From positions 66,402,685 to 66,466,684 of the forward strand of contig NC_081354.1 in the NCBI RefSeq assembly GCF_030684315.1: a DNA stretch of 64,000 nucleotides, given 5' to 3'. Of the stretch, positions 61,299-64,000 are shown piece by piece. Position 1 is the first letter of the stretch. Every line of letters starts with the position of its first letter. A model generated the notes under the pieces. That model was not told where the DNA came from and did not search any database. It saw only the letters and a list, made by a program, of their open reading frames with translations. The stretch comes from Stegostoma tigrinum (Eukaryota). The position numbers and the translations under genes are program-made.

Positions 61299-62380
61299 GA
61301 TGCAAACAGTTTATAGTGAGATTAAGTAAGTGCTGAGGTTGGTTGGCTCGCCAAGCTGGTTTGTTGTTTTTGCTTGGTAACATCTTCAGTGCTGCCTCCA
61401 ATGAAGCGACGGTGTGTTTTCCTGCCTGGCTTTTAAACTCTGGGGTCCGTTGAGATGGATTGCCTCACTTGCGGTTTTCCTTCGTAGTGGAGTGTATATG
61501 GGGTCGAGTTCAATGTGTTTATTGACAGCTTGCTTTGTGGAGTGCCATGCTGTACACATAAAAGCCTCACACACAGACCAGGTACTGAACTTCAACAGTA
61601 ACCATCCCAGCACACACAAACAAAGTTGTGTGTGAACACTATTTAAAAGAGCAACAACACACTGCAGCAACATGGAACTACACCAAGAGGAGGAGGAATA
61701 CCTCTTCCAAGTGCTCAAGGATAATGGATATCCAAAGAACTGGGTCAGGAGATGCCTACACAAACAGCATCAGAAAGATACTGCATGCCCCGACACACAC
61801 ATCACACTACTCTACATCAGGAACACGTCGGGATTCACCACAAGACTCCGACTAAACTAAAGACCCACTCCCTACAATGGACAGGACCAATGCCATCCAC
61901 AAGATACCTTGCAGAGACTGCGAGAAACACTCCATCGGACAAACAGGAAGGAAACTAACAACAAGAGTACATGAACCCCAACTGGCTGCAAAAAGACACG
62001 ACCAATACTCAGTCATCTCGATCCACATGGACAAGGAGAACCATAACTTTGACTGGGACAACACCAAGATGCTGGGACAGGCTTGGCAGAGACAAGCACG
62101 GGAATTCATGGCACTCCACGAAGCAGGCTATTAATAAACACATTGAATTCGACCCCGTATACATTCCACTACGGAGGAAAACCGGAAGTGAGGCAATCCA
62201 TCTCAACGGACCCCAGAGTTTAAAAGCCAGGCAGGAAAACACACTGATGCTTCATCGCAGGCTGCACTGAGGATGTTACCAAGCACGGTAACAAAACATC
62301 TGCAAAAAAAAACAACAAATCAACACGGCGAGCCAACGAACCTCAACTCTTACTTAATCTCACTATAAACTGTTTGCATC
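61299..62380 (+). mobile_element. Third Penelope family: RT C-terminus + GIY-YIG with an inverted 3' duplication
   Basis: KASHTDQVLNFNSNHP; NGYPKNWV; NAIHKIPCRDCEKHSIGQTGRKLTTRVHE..HNFDWDN; 61299-61549 is the reverse complement of 62107-62380. Confidence 0.92.
62263..62304 (+). ncRNA. Decayed type I hammerhead ribozyme motif
   Basis: tgca CTGAGGA t GTTACC aagcac GGTAAC AAAA CATC tgca: stem I tgca/tgca, 6-bp stem II; GAAA and CGTC altered in a way consistent with CpG decay. Confidence 0.7.
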
Positions 62381-62438
62381 CTAATTATGACTTGCCATTC
62401 CACCTATTTTAGTGTAGCCAGCAAACCTGGCTACAGTA

Positions 62439-62556
62439 GGGTCTAGGCCCGAAACGTCAACTTTTGTGCTCCTGAGATGCTGCTGGTCCTGCTGTGTTCA
62501 TCCAGCCTCACATTTTATTATCTTGGATTCTCCAGCATCTGCAGTTCCCATTATCA
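62439..62556 (+). mobile_element. Solo Penelope pLTR mini-element with 12-bp TSD
   Basis: TSD ctggctacagta at 62427-62438 and 62557-62568; begins inside hammerhead stem II (gggtctaggcccgaaacgtc). Confidence 0.9.
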
Positions 62557-62597
62557 CTGGCTACAGTACATTCACTTTGTCCTAGTCATTAATATGT

Positions 62598-62932
62598 AGA
62601 ATCCCTATTTGTGGATACAGGCCGTTTGACACATTGAGTCTACACTGACCCTCCAAGGAGCATCCCACCCTGAACCACCCCCTACACCATCCCTGTATTC
62701 CCACCCTGACCCACCCCCTACACCATCCCTGTATTCCCACCCTAGACACTATGGGCAATTTAGCACAGCCAATCCACCTAAACTGCATATTGTTGGACTG
62801 TGGGAAGGAACTGGAGCACGAGAAGAAAACCCACGCAGAAATGGGAAGAATATGCAAACTCCACACAGACAGTTGCCTGTGGCTGGAAGCAAACCTGGCA
62901 CTGTGAGGCAGTAGTGCTAACTACTGCACTAA
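62598..62932 (-). mobile_element. HE1 SINE with an internal 36-bp tandem duplication
   Basis: V-domain; repeat units at 62664-62699 and 62700-62735. Confidence 0.85.
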
Positions 62933-63534
62933 TCCCTGTGGAATCTCACTAGTTACAGGTTACCAATTTGAAAAATAATCATCCAACATTAATTACCCAA
63001 TAATATCAAGTTATCAACAAAATTCTAAATGATGCAAATTTTCAAGCCCTTTTTCAATAAATCTTTAAAAATGTTTATGGGATCTCAATGCATTTTTAAA
63101 AAATTACAGCATTTTCTTACTGTACTGGTGAAATATTATCACAGCATCCAAACCAAAGTGTTGTGAAGCTTATTTCTAATGTTATTGTAATGTTGCATAA
63201 ATTTGCCTTCTTAAATTGAACCACTTCATATCTCTCTTCTACTCGAAAAATGAGCATAGCGTCTAATTTCATCTTTTTTTAAAAAATCCTGGACAAAACA
63301 CTCAATATTATTCCCTTTTAACAATTATTTTCTTAAACCTTTCTACTGATAGATTCAGGTAATCATTTTATAATCTAACTTTAATTGGGTTATTTCAGAC
63401 TGACATAATTCAGGACCCATTGACACTAACTTGAGCCTGTTGATCAATTAAGAGTATATTTGCTGCCTAGTCTGGATGATAGAACTCATTGTGGCTTTTA
63501 TTGACTGAAACTGAGTAAAGGATCAGCAGCTAAT

Positions 63535-63870
63535 TTTTATTCATTCATGGGATGTGAGCATCACTGACTAGGCTAGCATTTATTGCCCATTCCTAATTGC
63601 CCAGAGGGCAGCTAAGAGTCAACGACGTTGATGTGGTCTGGAGTCATACATAGGCCAGACCAGATAAGCATAACACATTTCTTTCCCTGAAGTGCGTTAA
63701 AGAGCCAACATTTTTCTTTTACAACAATCAAGTAGGATTATTTGGTCAACTTTAAGCCAGTTTGTTTTTCGCCTACCCGGATTTTTTTCATCTAATTCAA
63801 ATTTCATCATCTGTCATGGTGGGATTCGAACCTTGGTCCTCAGGACATTGTTTGTGCATTACCAGTCACG
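63535..63870 (-). mobile_element. tRNA-headed SINE with L2-like tail
   Basis: tttattcattcatgggatgtgagcatcactgactaggctagcatttattgcccattcctaattgccc...ggtgggattcgaacc. Confidence 0.8.
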
Positions 63871-64000
63871 GGGCTTTAGCTCTGATTTCGTCAAGGAAGA
63901 AGTGCAAAGATTGCTAATGCTGCTGCTCAGAAAATCACTTAGTGGGAGATTTGAGTCATCCCTGAACCCAAACCAAACCTTGGACATTCTTAATTGAACT

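Noticed and set aside
1-64000. Most short ORFs in the supplied track as host genes
   Set aside because: They are alternative or antisense frames of HE1, CR1, PLE and L2 repeats, or chance ORFs (many starting at TTG/GTG); no host protein was recognised.

Overview
This is eukaryotic, non-coding, repeat-rich DNA from a cartilaginous fish. The HE1/V-SINEs, the CR1 (HER1-type) LINEs and the Penelope families point to a shark, probably a carpet shark (species is my inference). I found no recognisable host protein-coding gene, rRNA, tRNA gene or CRISPR array, and nearly all supplied ORFs are transposon fragments or spurious. Main components: many CR1 LINE fragments, including one nearly intact ORF2 (49794-52831, minus strand); L2-like and Rex-Babar LINEs; HE1 SINEs; DeuSINE-like and 5S-derived remnants; a Gypsy LTR element split by nested insertions (about 19330-23870); a Harbinger Myb/SANT gene remnant; and at least three Penelope-like element (PLE) families. 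The most interesting signal is the PLE system. The PLE termini carry minimal hammerhead-ribozyme motifs. A young family has produced several 100-230 bp non-coding mini-elements with 11-15 bp target-site duplications (TSDs) and no poly(A). These are often fold-back hairpins whose inverted arm stops at a fixed point, and in two copies the forward arm starts at the predicted ribozyme cleavage site. Boundaries of old repeats are approximate and all family names come from recognition by eye, not database searches.
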